Below are positions 46,614 to 55,437 of a DNA stretch of 60,627 bases, piece by piece. Positions within the stretch are counted from its first letter, which is position 1; every line of letters begins with the position of its first letter. The translations under genes and the position numbers were made by a program. The stretch is from an uncultured Gammaproteobacteria bacterium. Its GTDB lineage: Bacteria > Patescibacteriota > Patescibacteriia > Magasanikbacterales > GCA-002688135. The notes beneath the pieces were generated by a model. The model saw nothing but the letters and a program-made list of their open reading frames with translations, had not been told where the DNA came from and made no database searches. Location of the stretch: positions 12,271-72,897 of the forward strand of contig CAZHVT010000003.1 in NCBI GenBank assembly GCA_964536205.1, read 5' to 3'.

Positions 46614-48368
46614 ATGGACGCGTTTAGTATCTTCTGCCCGCACATGTCATTTCTAAGGAGAACATCTATCGCCATCGATATTAGTGATCGCTCGATCGCG
46701 CTTGTTCGGTTGCAAAAGGGAGCGGGGAAGGTGAAGGTTACACATCATGGTCGAGTTGGATTTCCAGAGGGAATTGTTTCTGCTGGGCGTGTGGTTAATC
46801 CAAAAGCTTTGAAAAAAGTTCTGGATCATTTGTTTGAGGTTGTGAAACCATCGTCAATCAAACCGTCTGAATTGATTGTTTCGTTGGCAGATCAATTGGT
46901 TTTTACGCATGTTTTTGAGCTTGAGCCGCATGACAAGGGTGATCGTGATGATATTGTGGCGGATGAGGTTCGCAATACGATTCCGATTTCAGAACAAGAT
47001 ACACAATTTGAATATGTTGTTTTGCATGAGGATAAAGAGGGGGTGCGCGTGCTTGTGACGGCGGTGAGTAAGAAGGAATTGACTGCATGGCGTAAGATTT
47101 TGAAATTGTCTGGTGTGAAAGTTTCTTTTTTTGATACTCAAATGTTGAGTGTGCATAGAGGATTGTTTAAGGGTTATCCGAGTGATTCTACGCTATTGAT
47201 TGATGTGGGTTCTGTTTCTACTAGTATGTCTGTGTTTGATGAATTTGGATTGTTGTACATTCACACAATTTTTTCTGCTGGGGATGCTATGACTGCGTTG
47301 ATAGCTGAATCGCAAAGTATTTCAATGAAAGATGCAGAGTTATTAAAACGTAATGAAGGATTGTCCAATCCAGGAAGTGCAGTTGCGAGTGTTGCCGTGA
47401 AACATTTAGAACCAATTATTCGTGCGGCAAAAGAATCGCTTGATTATGCAAAAGGTCACGGAGTTGAGGGTGAGATTGATGTTGTTTTGGTTGGGGGTAC
47501 TGCGCGCATGAAAGGTGTGGTGAAATATTTTGAAGCAAATTTGCAGGAGCCTGTTGTGCGAGGTGTTGCGGATTGGACGAAACCAAAATTGTCATTGTCA
47601 TACGTTGGAGCGGCTGGAGCGGCGCGTAAAGGATTGATGAAATCTCGTCATCCGGATCCTGTGTTTGCGACAGAGCGTGCTTCGTTTGTGAGTATGAAGA
47701 ACATGTTTAAGGGTTTGAAAAAAAGTAAAAAGAGTCCAGTTGGTGATACTGAAACAGAACAGATTACAGTTCCAGCCCAAAGCAAAACTATGATGCTGTT
47801 GAGTGTTTTGATGATTAGTGTGGTTTTGTTGGGTGGCGTGTGGTTGTTTCAGAAAAAAGAAAAGAAATCGGACCAAGAGAAAGAGGCTGCACAATCTGTG
47901 TATGTGCATGAATCTACGATTGTGGTATCTGCATTATTGGCAACATCTGATGAAAAATATGGAAGCGATCGTATTTCCGGACGCATTGTTGAAAATAAGA
48001 TTCAGGAAGCGATTAGTTATGGTAATGCAGTTGGACAATCTCGTGAGAAAGCAATGGATACATTGCGGGATGATGAGGTTTTGTGGCCGATTCCTATGTA
48101 TCGCGTTGATGAAGAGTATCCAATTAATTTTAGATGGTTTATGTATAATCAATCTGAAATGGATGGTCGATTTAAGGCTGACATAGATTCTCGAAATGAT
48201 GGAAATGTGGATTATATTATTAAGACAACATTGCCGGTAAAATGGGAATTTACGGAAGATATTGAAGTATTGCGTGTTGAGGCACAAGTTACGATTGCAG
48301 CGCAACAACCGTTTGTAGATAAGGGGGTAGAGAAGCCGGTTATAAAAGTTGAGTCTGTGGATGAATAA
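46614..48368 (+). CDS. PilM-like actin-fold protein fused to a TM segment and a PilN/PilO-like periplasmic domain
   Basis: N-terminal IAIDISDRSIALVRL PilM-like motif; TM at about residue 390 (MMLLSVLMISVVLLGGVWLF); 190-aa C-terminal domain. Confidence 0.6.
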   Translation: MDAFSIFCPHMSFLRRTSIAIDISDRSIALVRLQKGAGKVKVTHHGRVGFPEGIVSAGRVVNPKALKKVLDHLFEVVKPSSIKPSELIVSLADQLVFTHVFELEPHDKGDRDDIVADEVRNTIPISEQDTQFEYVVLHEDKEGVRVLVTAVSKKELTAWRKILKLSGVKVSFFDTQMLSVHRGLFKGYPSDSTLLIDVGSVSTSMSVFDEFGLLYIHTIFSAGDAMTALIAESQSISMKDAELLKRNEGLSNPGSAVASVAVKHLEPIIRAAKESLDYAKGHGVEGEIDVVLVGGTARMKGVVKYFEANLQEPVVRGVADWTKPKLSLSYVGAAGAARKGLMKSRHPDPVFATERASFVSMKNMFKGLKKSKKSPVGDTETEQITVPAQSKTMMLLSVLMISVVLLGGVWLFQKKEKKSDQEKEAAQSVYVHESTIVVSALLATSDEKYGSDRISGRIVENKIQEAISYGNAVGQSREKAMDTLRDDEVLWPIPMYRVDEEYPINFRWFMYNQSEMDGRFKADIDSRNDGNVDYIIKTTLPVKWEFTEDIEVLRVEAQVTIAAQQPFVDKGVEKPVIKVESVDE

Positions 48369-48382
48369 TCGATAAAATAATG

Positions 48383-48391
48383 CTATAATGA
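48383..48391 (+). promoter_or_regulatory. -10 element GCTATAATG 20 nt upstream of the pilin ATG (no SD)
   Basis: TATAAT. Confidence 0.4.
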
Positions 48392-48410
48392 ACTGGTAAA
48401 TAATTTTTAT

Positions 48411-48917
48411 ATGACTACAAAATATTCTGACGAGCAAGGTTTTACGTTGATTGAGTTGTTGATCGTCATTGCGATCATTGCGATTTTAGCGGCAGTTGTG
48501 TTTGTGGCTTTGGATCCACTTACGCGTTTTAAAGATGCGCGTGATTCACAACGGTTCACTGATACGACGCAGATTTTGCAGTCAATTAAATTGTATCAAG
48601 TTGATAATGGTGGAAAATTAACTCCAAATGTGTACGCAATGACAACAGGGTCGGTGTACATGATTGGTACGGGTTCAAGTGGGTGTGATGATAATAATGG
48701 AACATGTGATACAGCCGTTGGTGGAGATAGTTTGTGTGTGGATATTGGTGAGGTTGTGAGCGCTGGATATTTGCCTTCTGTTCCGCAAAGTCCAAATGGA
48801 GATGGAACATGGACCGCGAGTCTAACCGGATATACATTACATAAATCTGCGACAGGGACATTGACAGTGCGTGCGTGTGAGTCGGAGAATAATAGCGAGA
48901 TTTCTGTAGCGCAGTAG
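48411..48917 (+). CDS. Type IV pilin (leader MTTKYSDEQG|FTLIELLIVIAIIAILAAV)
   Basis: Canonical prepilin N-terminus; C-terminal Cys pairs. Confidence 0.8.
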   Translation: MTTKYSDEQGFTLIELLIVIAIIAILAAVVFVALDPLTRFKDARDSQRFTDTTQILQSIKLYQVDNGGKLTPNVYAMTTGSVYMIGTGSSGCDDNNGTCDTAVGGDSLCVDIGEVVSAGYLPSVPQSPNGDGTWTASLTGYTLHKSATGTLTVRACESENNSEISVAQ

Positions 48918-48950
48918 GGAGAAGAAGGAAGTAGGAATTAAGAAGAAAGA

Positions 48951-48978
48951 AAAAGAACGCTAAGCGTTCTTTTTTAGT
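48951..48978 (+). terminator. AAAAAGAACGCTAAGCGTTCTTTTTT
   Basis: Hairpin + T-run. Confidence 0.65.
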
Positions 48979-48984
48979 TCTTCG

Positions 48985-48995
48985 TGTGATATAAT
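48985..48995 (+). promoter_or_regulatory. Extended -10 TGTGATATAAT
   Basis: Abuts the ORF-track ATG at 48996, which favours the downstream start at 49011. Confidence 0.4.
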
Positions 48996-49010
48996 ATGAA
49001 CAAGAAATAT

Positions 49011-49541
49011 ATGAGTGACCAAACGCTAAATGCTAAACGCTTAAAGCTAAACGCTCAAAAGGGTTTTACCTTAATCGAGCTTTTAATTGTAGTAGCAATT
49101 ATTGCAATTCTTGCGGCTGTTGTTTTTGTTGCACTTGATCCTTTGAAGCGTTTTCAAGATTCCAGAGATTCCTCTCGCTGGCATGACATCGCAGAATTAT
49201 CAACAGCGATTAAATTACATCAAGTTGATAATGGAGGATATTATGCGACATCAATTCGTGATTTAGCGACATCCAGTGTGTATATGATTGGTGAGGGAAA
49301 TAGTGGATGTGATGATCAGAATGAATATTGTGCAACAAATGTGAACGGTGATAGTTTGTGTACTGAATTACCTGAAATTTTGAGTGGTGGTCAGATTGCC
49401 GCTTTGCCACAAAGTCCTAATGGAAATGCGTCATGGTCAGCGATTTATACTGGTTATACTATTCAAAAATCCATCACCAATAGTATTACTATTCGAGCAT
49501 GTGAGAAAGAGAATTCAACTGAAATTTTCATGACAAAATAG
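49011..49541 (+). CDS. Type IV pilin paralog (leader MSDQTLNAKRLKLNAQKG|FTLIELLIVVAIIAILAAV); alternative ATG at 48996
   Basis: Prepilin motif; the leader is encoded by TAAACGC-type repeats. Confidence 0.75.
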   Translation: MSDQTLNAKRLKLNAQKGFTLIELLIVVAIIAILAAVVFVALDPLKRFQDSRDSSRWHDIAELSTAIKLHQVDNGGYYATSIRDLATSSVYMIGEGNSGCDDQNEYCATNVNGDSLCTELPEILSGGQIAALPQSPNGNASWSAIYTGYTIQKSITNSITIRACEKENSTEIFMTK

Positions 49542-49561
49542 TGTGTATGAAGGAGGAGTTG

Positions 49562-50200
49562 ATGCCTACAAAAGAAGCGATCGATTATTCAAATGCGCAA
49601 GTCATTAATGATATTTTGGTATCTGATGATGAGGAAGCGCATGAAACATTGCGGCGAGCGAATGCATGGACGCGCGAGCAGATAATGACGTTTCAGCATT
49701 ATATTCGTATGAGAGATAGGGCGCATCGACAGATGCAATTGGATGTTGCTCGACGAATGGAAGAAAAACCTTTGGCAAGTAGTGTGGAAATGGGTATGGG
49801 CGCGTATATTGAGCATATTGAGCCGCACGTTCGTGCTGCGGTTGTTCGATTGCGAGAGAAAGGATATGCGACGTTTTCTTCCGGATTTTATGGGCGTGAT
49901 GTACAGGAAATTTCGTTTATGCGAGATGATTCCGGAGATTGGAAATTTGAAGATGATTTTGTGGATTGGTTGGCTGCGCGTGGTGCGCATGTGCGATTAT
50001 TTCATGGAGATATCTATGTGGATTTGAAAGAGCGATTAAGTGAGGTTGAATTGAAATATATGTGGGATGCGATTGTGCAGAATATGCCGGATTTATCGCA
50101 TGCTGCGCCGAAAAATGAAACGATGAATGCAAAACGTTTTCGGGCTGCACAAATGCGTTTGCGTCAACAAGAATCATACAAAAAGGCTCATAAGATATGA
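49562..50200 (+). CDS. Hypothetical protein (start chosen after SD AGGAGG; longer alternatives at 49541/49547)
   Basis: ORF; between pilin and pilT. Confidence 0.45.
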   Translation: MPTKEAIDYSNAQVINDILVSDDEEAHETLRRANAWTREQIMTFQHYIRMRDRAHRQMQLDVARRMEEKPLASSVEMGMGAYIEHIEPHVRAAVVRLREKGYATFSSGFYGRDVQEISFMRDDSGDWKFEDDFVDWLAARGAHVRLFHGDIYVDLKERLSEVELKYMWDAIVQNMPDLSHAAPKNETMNAKRFRAAQMRLRQQESYKKAHKI

Positions 50201-51186
50201 AGCCCATTGCAGCATATTTTAATCATGCAATAAAAAAAGGTGCATCTGATTTGCACCTTGTTGTTGATTCAGTGCCGAAAATTCGGATTGATGGGAGGTT
50301 GCATGGCGTGGGTAAAGTTGAAGTTACGGAAAAGTGGTTGCGGGCGCAGTTGGATGGATTGTTGCAAAAAGAGCAGATGAAGAGATTTGCAGATGAGTTA
50401 GAATTGGATGCTGCTATTACGGTGAAGCAGGGGAGATTTCGTTTGAATGTTCATGGGCAACATGAATCGATTGGATTAGCTGCGCGTTTTATTCCTCATG
50501 ATATTCCTACTCCTGATGAATTGGGGTTTTCAGATGCTTTGATGGATATGGTTGATCATGAGTCTGGATTGGTTTTGTTGGTTGGTGCGACAGGAAGTGG
50601 GAAATCTTCGACACTCGCTGCAATGCTTGAAACGATCAACAATCGTGATCCTGTACATATATTAACAGTTGAAGATCCGATTGAGTTTGTGTTCGTGGGT
50701 GAGAAAGCTCTTGTTGAACAGCGGCAGGTTGGAACAGACACACATTCGTTTGCTGCGGCATTGAAACATGCTTTGCGACAAGATCCAGATGTGATTATGG
50801 TGGGGGAGATGCGTGATCCTGAAACAATTGAAATGGCGTTGACAGCTGCAGAAACAGGACATTTAGTTTTTTCAACCATGCATACAGCTACTGCTCCAGA
50901 GGCTGTTGAGCGGATTGTAGGGATTTTTGAGGGTTCGAAACAGAGACAAATTTTAGAACAATTGGCAGGGGTTTTGCGTGGTGTTGTTGCTCAAAAATTA
51001 TTACCCGGAGCAGATGGAGGACGTGTCGCAGCTCGAGAAATTTTAGTTGGAACTTCAGCAGTCGGAAATCTTATTCGACAAAATAACATCCAGCAACTCC
51101 GTTCTGCGATGCAAACTGGCGCAAAACATGGCATGGTTACTTTTGACCGAGCTGTTAAGCATTTAGAAGATGAGGGATTGATTTAA
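50197..51186 (+). CDS. pilT: Type IV pilus retraction ATPase
   Basis: Walker A GATGSGKSST, Asp box, His box; 329 aa. Confidence 0.9.
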   Translation: MKPIAAYFNHAIKKGASDLHLVVDSVPKIRIDGRLHGVGKVEVTEKWLRAQLDGLLQKEQMKRFADELELDAAITVKQGRFRLNVHGQHESIGLAARFIPHDIPTPDELGFSDALMDMVDHESGLVLLVGATGSGKSSTLAAMLETINNRDPVHILTVEDPIEFVFVGEKALVEQRQVGTDTHSFAAALKHALRQDPDVIMVGEMRDPETIEMALTAAETGHLVFSTMHTATAPEAVERIVGIFEGSKQRQILEQLAGVLRGVVAQKLLPGADGGRVAAREILVGTSAVGNLIRQNNIQQLRSAMQTGAKHGMVTFDRAVKHLEDEGLI

Positions 51187-51275
51187 ATTAAATTTATCCA
51201 CAGGTTTTTTTGTGAGCATTGCTCATTTTTGTTTTGCATGATATACTTCGGTTCTTTATTTCTATAATACGATTT

Positions 51276-52673
51276 ATGATTGAGCGTTTTGCGTTGCGTT
51301 TGAAGCGATTGATTCTGCCTGCAGCGGTTGCTGTTGGTGTGTTTGTTGGATCATCCGCGTTTGCTTCTGAAGGTGCAGAGGCTGGTGGTGGGCATGGTCA
51401 TTTTGCCACTTTGTTTTTGTGGATAGCAATATTGTTGTTATTGGCAAAATTGTCCAGTTTGGTTGAGCGCTGGGGGCAGCCGAGTGTTTTGGGTGAGTTG
51501 GTTATGGGTGTGATTTTGGGGAATTTGGCTTTGTTTGGTGTTACGGATTTCTTTGAAGCAATGAAACATTCCGAAATTATCACTTTTTTTGCTGAGTTAG
51601 GTGTGGTGATTTTGTTGTTTCAGATAGGATTGGAATCCAATATTGCTGAAATGAAAAAGGTTGGTGCGCGAGCTTTAGGAGTTGCGATTATTGGTGTGGT
51701 CGTACCGTTTGTTTTGGGTACATATGTTGTTGGTCCCTGGTTGATGCCGGGATTGGATCAAGTTGCTTATTTATTCCTTGGAGCTGCGATGACAGCAACT
51801 TCTGTGGGAATTACCGCGCGTGTGTTTAAGGATCTTGGGAAATTGCAGATTAAGGAAGCGCAAATTATTTTGGGGGCTGCGGTCATTGATGATGTGATGG
51901 GATTGATTATTTTGGCTGTTGTTTCTGCTTTGGCTACAGCGGGCGCAGTTTCAGTTGGCATGGTTTCAAAGATTACCGGAACAGCACTTTTGTTTTTGGT
52001 AGGATCGATTATAGTTGGTCAGTTATCCGCAAAGGTTTTGGGTAAATGGTTTTCAAAGATTCATACCGGAGTTGCGATGAAATTTACATTAGCAGTTGTG
52101 TTTGCCTTGGTATTTTCATGGCTTGCAGGATTGATTGGATTGGCTCCGATTGTAGGTGCATTTGCTGCAGGTTTGGTTCTCGATCCTGTTCACTTCAAGT
52201 ACTTTAAGGATCCGAAGATTGTACAAGATGTGAAAGAATATGCTGAAAAGATTGATCCGGAATTGAAGGATAAATTTTCTCGTATGATGCATCGTCATTC
52301 ACATCGTCATATTGAAGACTTGATTGAGCCGCTTGGACATTTCTTTGTACCGATTTTCTTTATTGTGACAGGTATGGCTGTGAATTTGGGGACATTAACA
52401 AATATTCCTATTTTGCTCGTGGCTCTTGGGGTAACTGTTGCTGCATTTGTTGGTAAGTTGGTTTCAGGTTTAGCGGCTGGGAATGTGAATAAGTGGTTAG
52501 TTGGTTGGGGAATGGCTCCGCGTGGAGAAGTTGGTTTGATTTTTGCAACGATTGGAAAAGGCTTGGGGGTTGTTTCTGATGAGGTGTTTAGTGTGATTAT
52601 TATTATGGTGATTTTTACGACACTGCTTTCACCACCAATTCTCTCGCATATCCTCAAGAAAAAAGAATCATAA
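51276..52673 (+). CDS. Cation:proton antiporter (CPA family, Kef/NhaP-like)
   Basis: About 12 TM helices; TATAAT -10 at 51263-51268 only 8 nt before the ATG. Confidence 0.7.
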   Translation: MIERFALRLKRLILPAAVAVGVFVGSSAFASEGAEAGGGHGHFATLFLWIAILLLLAKLSSLVERWGQPSVLGELVMGVILGNLALFGVTDFFEAMKHSEIITFFAELGVVILLFQIGLESNIAEMKKVGARALGVAIIGVVVPFVLGTYVVGPWLMPGLDQVAYLFLGAAMTATSVGITARVFKDLGKLQIKEAQIILGAAVIDDVMGLIILAVVSALATAGAVSVGMVSKITGTALLFLVGSIIVGQLSAKVLGKWFSKIHTGVAMKFTLAVVFALVFSWLAGLIGLAPIVGAFAAGLVLDPVHFKYFKDPKIVQDVKEYAEKIDPELKDKFSRMMHRHSHRHIEDLIEPLGHFFVPIFFIVTGMAVNLGTLTNIPILLVALGVTVAAFVGKLVSGLAAGNVNKWLVGWGMAPRGEVGLIFATIGKGLGVVSDEVFSVIIIMVIFTTLLSPPILSHILKKKES

Positions 52674-52677
52674 AAAT

Positions 52678-52700
52678 AACGCCCCTCTATGGGGCGTTTT
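52678..52700. terminator. AACGCCCCTCTATGGGGCGTT + TT, with A-run on the left; bidirectional
   Basis: Direct read. Confidence 0.6.
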
Positions 52701-52983
52701 AAGAAGCGCGTTCTAATCTTAATTGTTTTGTTTTTTGTTTGATGATTGTATCACATGTTGTGCACAGTGCTTTTTTTGCATTTTGTACACGTGTCATGCT
52801 CGCAATCCATTTTTTGTGTGGCTGCTCGAGGCTTTGAGGAAAGCCTTCCGCTCCGCATGCAGCAACATGTACTTTGATGTCATTTCCCAGTACATCTTCT
52901 CGGATATCTACTATTGCACATACATGTGCATCGGTGACTTGTTGTCCTTCGTTATCTTCATACCAGAAGCACTGTAATCCCAT
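52699..52983 (-). CDS. Hypothetical Cys-containing small protein (94 aa)
   Basis: Preferred over the overlapping Cys/Phe-rich plus-strand ORF by composition. Confidence 0.35.
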   Translation of the reverse strand: MGLQCFWYEDNEGQQVTDAHVCAIVDIREDVLGNDIKVHVAACGAEGFPQSLEQPHKKWIASMTRVQNAKKALCTTCDTIIKQKTKQLRLERAS

Positions 52984-52993
52984 GCAATTTTCC

Positions 52994-53281
52994 TCATAAT
53001 GAACGTGTCATGAGGCTAGCATTTTTTGTGTATTGTGTAAAGAAGACCCCCGTATGCGGAGGTCTTTGTACAATCAATGGTGGTTCGTCGAGATCGAATT
53101 CGACGATTGCGTACCGTGTCATGCATGTTGAGCAAAATGCATCTTTTTTGAGTTTTCGTTTCCCGCCAGAACTTCGGCGGATTTTGATACTCGATGCATC
53201 GCTACACATTGGATTCGGACATTTCATCTTGTAAGACTGATAATGCCGAGAAACAAACAGTATTTTGTCTGGCATTTTCAT
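52994..53281 (-). CDS. Small zinc-ribbon protein (CPNPMC ... CSTC)
   Basis: Two CxxC pairs with a basic linker. Confidence 0.4.
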   Translation of the reverse strand: MKMPDKILFVSRHYQSYKMKCPNPMCSDASSIKIRRSSGGKRKLKKDAFCSTCMTRYAIVEFDLDEPPLIVQRPPHTGVFFTQYTKNASLMTRSL

Positions 53282-53328
53282 CTCCTCATGAATAATGTTA
53301 GAATAACAGGAAATAACACTTTGTCAAT

Positions 53329-53538
53329 ATGAGCGCAGAAGCAATAGGTTTTTTTTTGGATGTTGTGGGTAAGGTATTGGTTTCGTGGACAGCGATTGCG
53401 GTTCATTATCGCGTGCGGAAGGAGCATAAGATTGATAAACGTGTTTTTGCGAGCATGCATCGTGAGTATGTAGTTGGTTTGATAGGAATTTTGTTTATTA
53501 TTGTGGGTTCGTATATTGAATATATGGCACGTTTTTAA
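53329..53538 (+). CDS. Small membrane protein (69 aa)
   Basis: Two hydrophobic segments. Confidence 0.3.
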   Translation: MSAEAIGFFLDVVGKVLVSWTAIAVHYRVRKEHKIDKRVFASMHREYVVGLIGILFIIVGSYIEYMARF

Positions 53539-53539
53539 T

Positions 53540-53917
53540 ATGAAAGAATTGATAAAAAAAGACAATCATGTGTTGGCGTACGATAGTTCTTCTGGGATTG
53601 CACATCATTGGTTTAAAGGTGAGCAGTCAAAAGAGGATGCGGAAGAAGTTGTTGTTGCTATGAATCAATTGTATAAGAAATTAGGCACACCAATTTTGAT
53701 GTTTGTTGATGCACGAGACGGAGAGACGGTTCATGCGGGAGCTCGCAAGATATATGCAGAATTTATTGAGTCTGAGGCATTGGGTCGAGCTGCTTTTGTG
53801 GTTAGTGGTGTAATTATGAAAACTATCGTAAATATGGTTTTTAGTGTGTCAGGAAAAAAAGAAAAAATGCAATTGTTTGACACGAAAGAGGAAGCGATTG
53901 CGTGGTTACAAACTTAA
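53540..53917 (+). CDS. STAS/SpoIIAA-like domain protein, tandem paralog 1 (tentative)
   Basis: Paralog pair sharing AAF(V/L)VSGV(I/V)M..VVNMVFSVSGKK..F..KEEA..WL. Confidence 0.45.
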   Translation: MKELIKKDNHVLAYDSSSGIAHHWFKGEQSKEDAEEVVVAMNQLYKKLGTPILMFVDARDGETVHAGARKIYAEFIESEALGRAAFVVSGVIMKTIVNMVFSVSGKKEKMQLFDTKEEAIAWLQT

Positions 53918-53925
53918 GCTACTAT

Positions 53926-54303
53926 ATGCAACAGTTATGTGAAACAGATCATTGTTCACTGCGATATGATACTGCAACAGGTATTGTGTATCATTGGTTT
54001 TCTGGTGAACATACTAAAGAGGAGGCAGAGAAAATTCTTGCATTTTTGTCAGAGATATTGAAAAAGTATGATCGGCCTTTGCTGGCTCTTATCGATGCGC
54101 GAGAAGCTACGATGGTGCAGGCGCAGGCTCGAAAATTGTATGCAGATTTTATGAAATCGGATAATTTGGATCGTGCTGCTTTTTTGGTTTCTGGGGTTGT
54201 GATGCGCGTCGTTGTGAACATGGTGTTTAGTGTGTCTGGAAAAAAAGATAAAATGAGGATGTTTAAGGATAAAAAGGAGGCGCTACGTTGGTTAAAAAGT
54301 TAG
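53926..54303 (+). CDS. STAS/SpoIIAA-like domain protein, tandem paralog 2 (tentative)
   Basis: About 45% identity to the preceding gene by eye. Confidence 0.45.
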   Translation: MQQLCETDHCSLRYDTATGIVYHWFSGEHTKEEAEKILAFLSEILKKYDRPLLALIDAREATMVQAQARKLYADFMKSDNLDRAAFLVSGVVMRVVVNMVFSVSGKKDKMRMFKDKKEALRWLKS

Positions 54304-54304
54304 T

Positions 54305-54670
54305 ATGTATATCATTGTGAAAGGGCCGTTTGTTGAAAATATGCATGTATTAATGCAACACGCAGGATATGGGGCTCATAGGAGTCCTGAGGAGATTTCG
54401 TATACGCGTAGAACGGGTGGGGATCGATATCCTCGCTTTCATGTGTATCCTGAAATGCAGGGTGAGAATATTCGGATCAATTTGCATTTGGATATGAAAA
54501 AGCATTCCTATGAAGGATTTTCGCGGCATCAGGGAGAGTATGAGGGGAAAACGGTTGAGCGAGAGATGGCGCGGATTCAAGCTTACATAGAATCAAAAAC
54601 TCAAGCAGCGCAACAAGAAAAGAAGGAGGAGAAAAAGAAGAGAGGTTTTTTTGGAGGTTTTGGGAGGTGA
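54305..54670 (+). CDS. Hypothetical protein (121 aa) with Lys/Glu-rich tail
   Basis: ORF only. Confidence 0.4.
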   Translation: MYIIVKGPFVENMHVLMQHAGYGAHRSPEEISYTRRTGGDRYPRFHVYPEMQGENIRINLHLDMKKHSYEGFSRHQGEYEGKTVEREMARIQAYIESKTQAAQQEKKEEKKKRGFFGGFGR

Positions 54671-55345
54671 TTATGCGTTTGGCTTAATTGTTTTATATTC
54701 ACCTGTTTTGAGTTTTCCTAATTCGAATGGACCGATGTGTGTGCGTTTGAGATGTTCCACATTGAATCCGAGTTTTTCCATCAGTCTTCGTACAATTCGT
54801 TTTTGACCTTCATGAATAACGAGTTTTATTTTTGCAGATGATATTTGTTCAACGCTATCTGGCGTTATTTTTTTCCCGCCAACTTCGATGCCTTTTTTTA
54901 ATGTGCTGAAAGATTTTTCATCAAATGGACGATCAACTACCACTTCGTATGTTTTAAAGATGTTGAATTTTGGGTGCATGATTGAGTTTGCCCAATCGCC
55001 GTCATTGGTTAAAAGTATCAATCCTTCTGTGTCCATATCTAATCTTCCGACCGTAAATACGCGTGGTTTTTCTGGAACTAAACTTAATACATTTTTTCGT
55101 CCCTTTTCATCTGATGCGGTGCATAAAATTCCACGAGGTTTGTTGAGGGCGTAATAAACAAATTCTTTTTTTGGTACAATGGATTCTCCTCGAACCTGGA
55201 TATTATCAATTTCTGGGTCGGCTTTTTCACCAATTTGCGCGCGTATTCCATTTACCGTAACATGACCTTGATTGATCAGGTCTTCGGCTTTTCGTCGGGA
55301 TGTGATTCCCGCTTGGGCGATAATTTTTTGTAGACGTTGTTTCAT
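54671..55345 (-). CDS. rluB: Pseudouridine synthase (RsuA/RluB family) with S4 domain
   Basis: S4 motif GITSRRKAEDLI and catalytic GRLDMDTEGLILLTNDG. Confidence 0.8.
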   Translation of the reverse strand: MKQRLQKIIAQAGITSRRKAEDLINQGHVTVNGIRAQIGEKADPEIDNIQVRGESIVPKKEFVYYALNKPRGILCTASDEKGRKNVLSLVPEKPRVFTVGRLDMDTEGLILLTNDGDWANSIMHPKFNIFKTYEVVVDRPFDEKSFSTLKKGIEVGGKKITPDSVEQISSAKIKLVIHEGQKRIVRRLMEKLGFNVEHLKRTHIGPFELGKLKTGEYKTIKPNA

Positions 55346-55351
55346 ATGAAT

Positions 55352-55435
55352 TCGTAAAGTGTAATGAGTAAGGCGTAAAGCGTTTGTATGTGGTATTGTC
55401 GAGATCGCATTACGCATTACGCTTTACGCATTACG
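55352..55435. repeat. Inverted CGTAAAGTGTAATGAGTAAGGCGTAAAGCG / CGCATTACGCATTACGCTTTACGCATTACG arms flanking TGTATGTGGTATTGT in the rluB-dnaG divergent region
   Basis: Same motif family as 19947-20064. Confidence 0.6.
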
Positions 55436-55437
55436 AT

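Noticed and set aside
45452-49060. Possible CRISPR array (regularly recurring TAAACGC/TAGCGAT units)
   Set aside because: Units are 7-mers in irregular tandem or inverted arrangements forming hairpins, with no 25-40 bp repeat-spacer periodicity and no cas genes
52723-52977. 84-aa plus-strand ORF
   Set aside because: Extremely Cys/Phe-rich, typical antisense artefact; the minus-strand ORF preferred, but with low confidence
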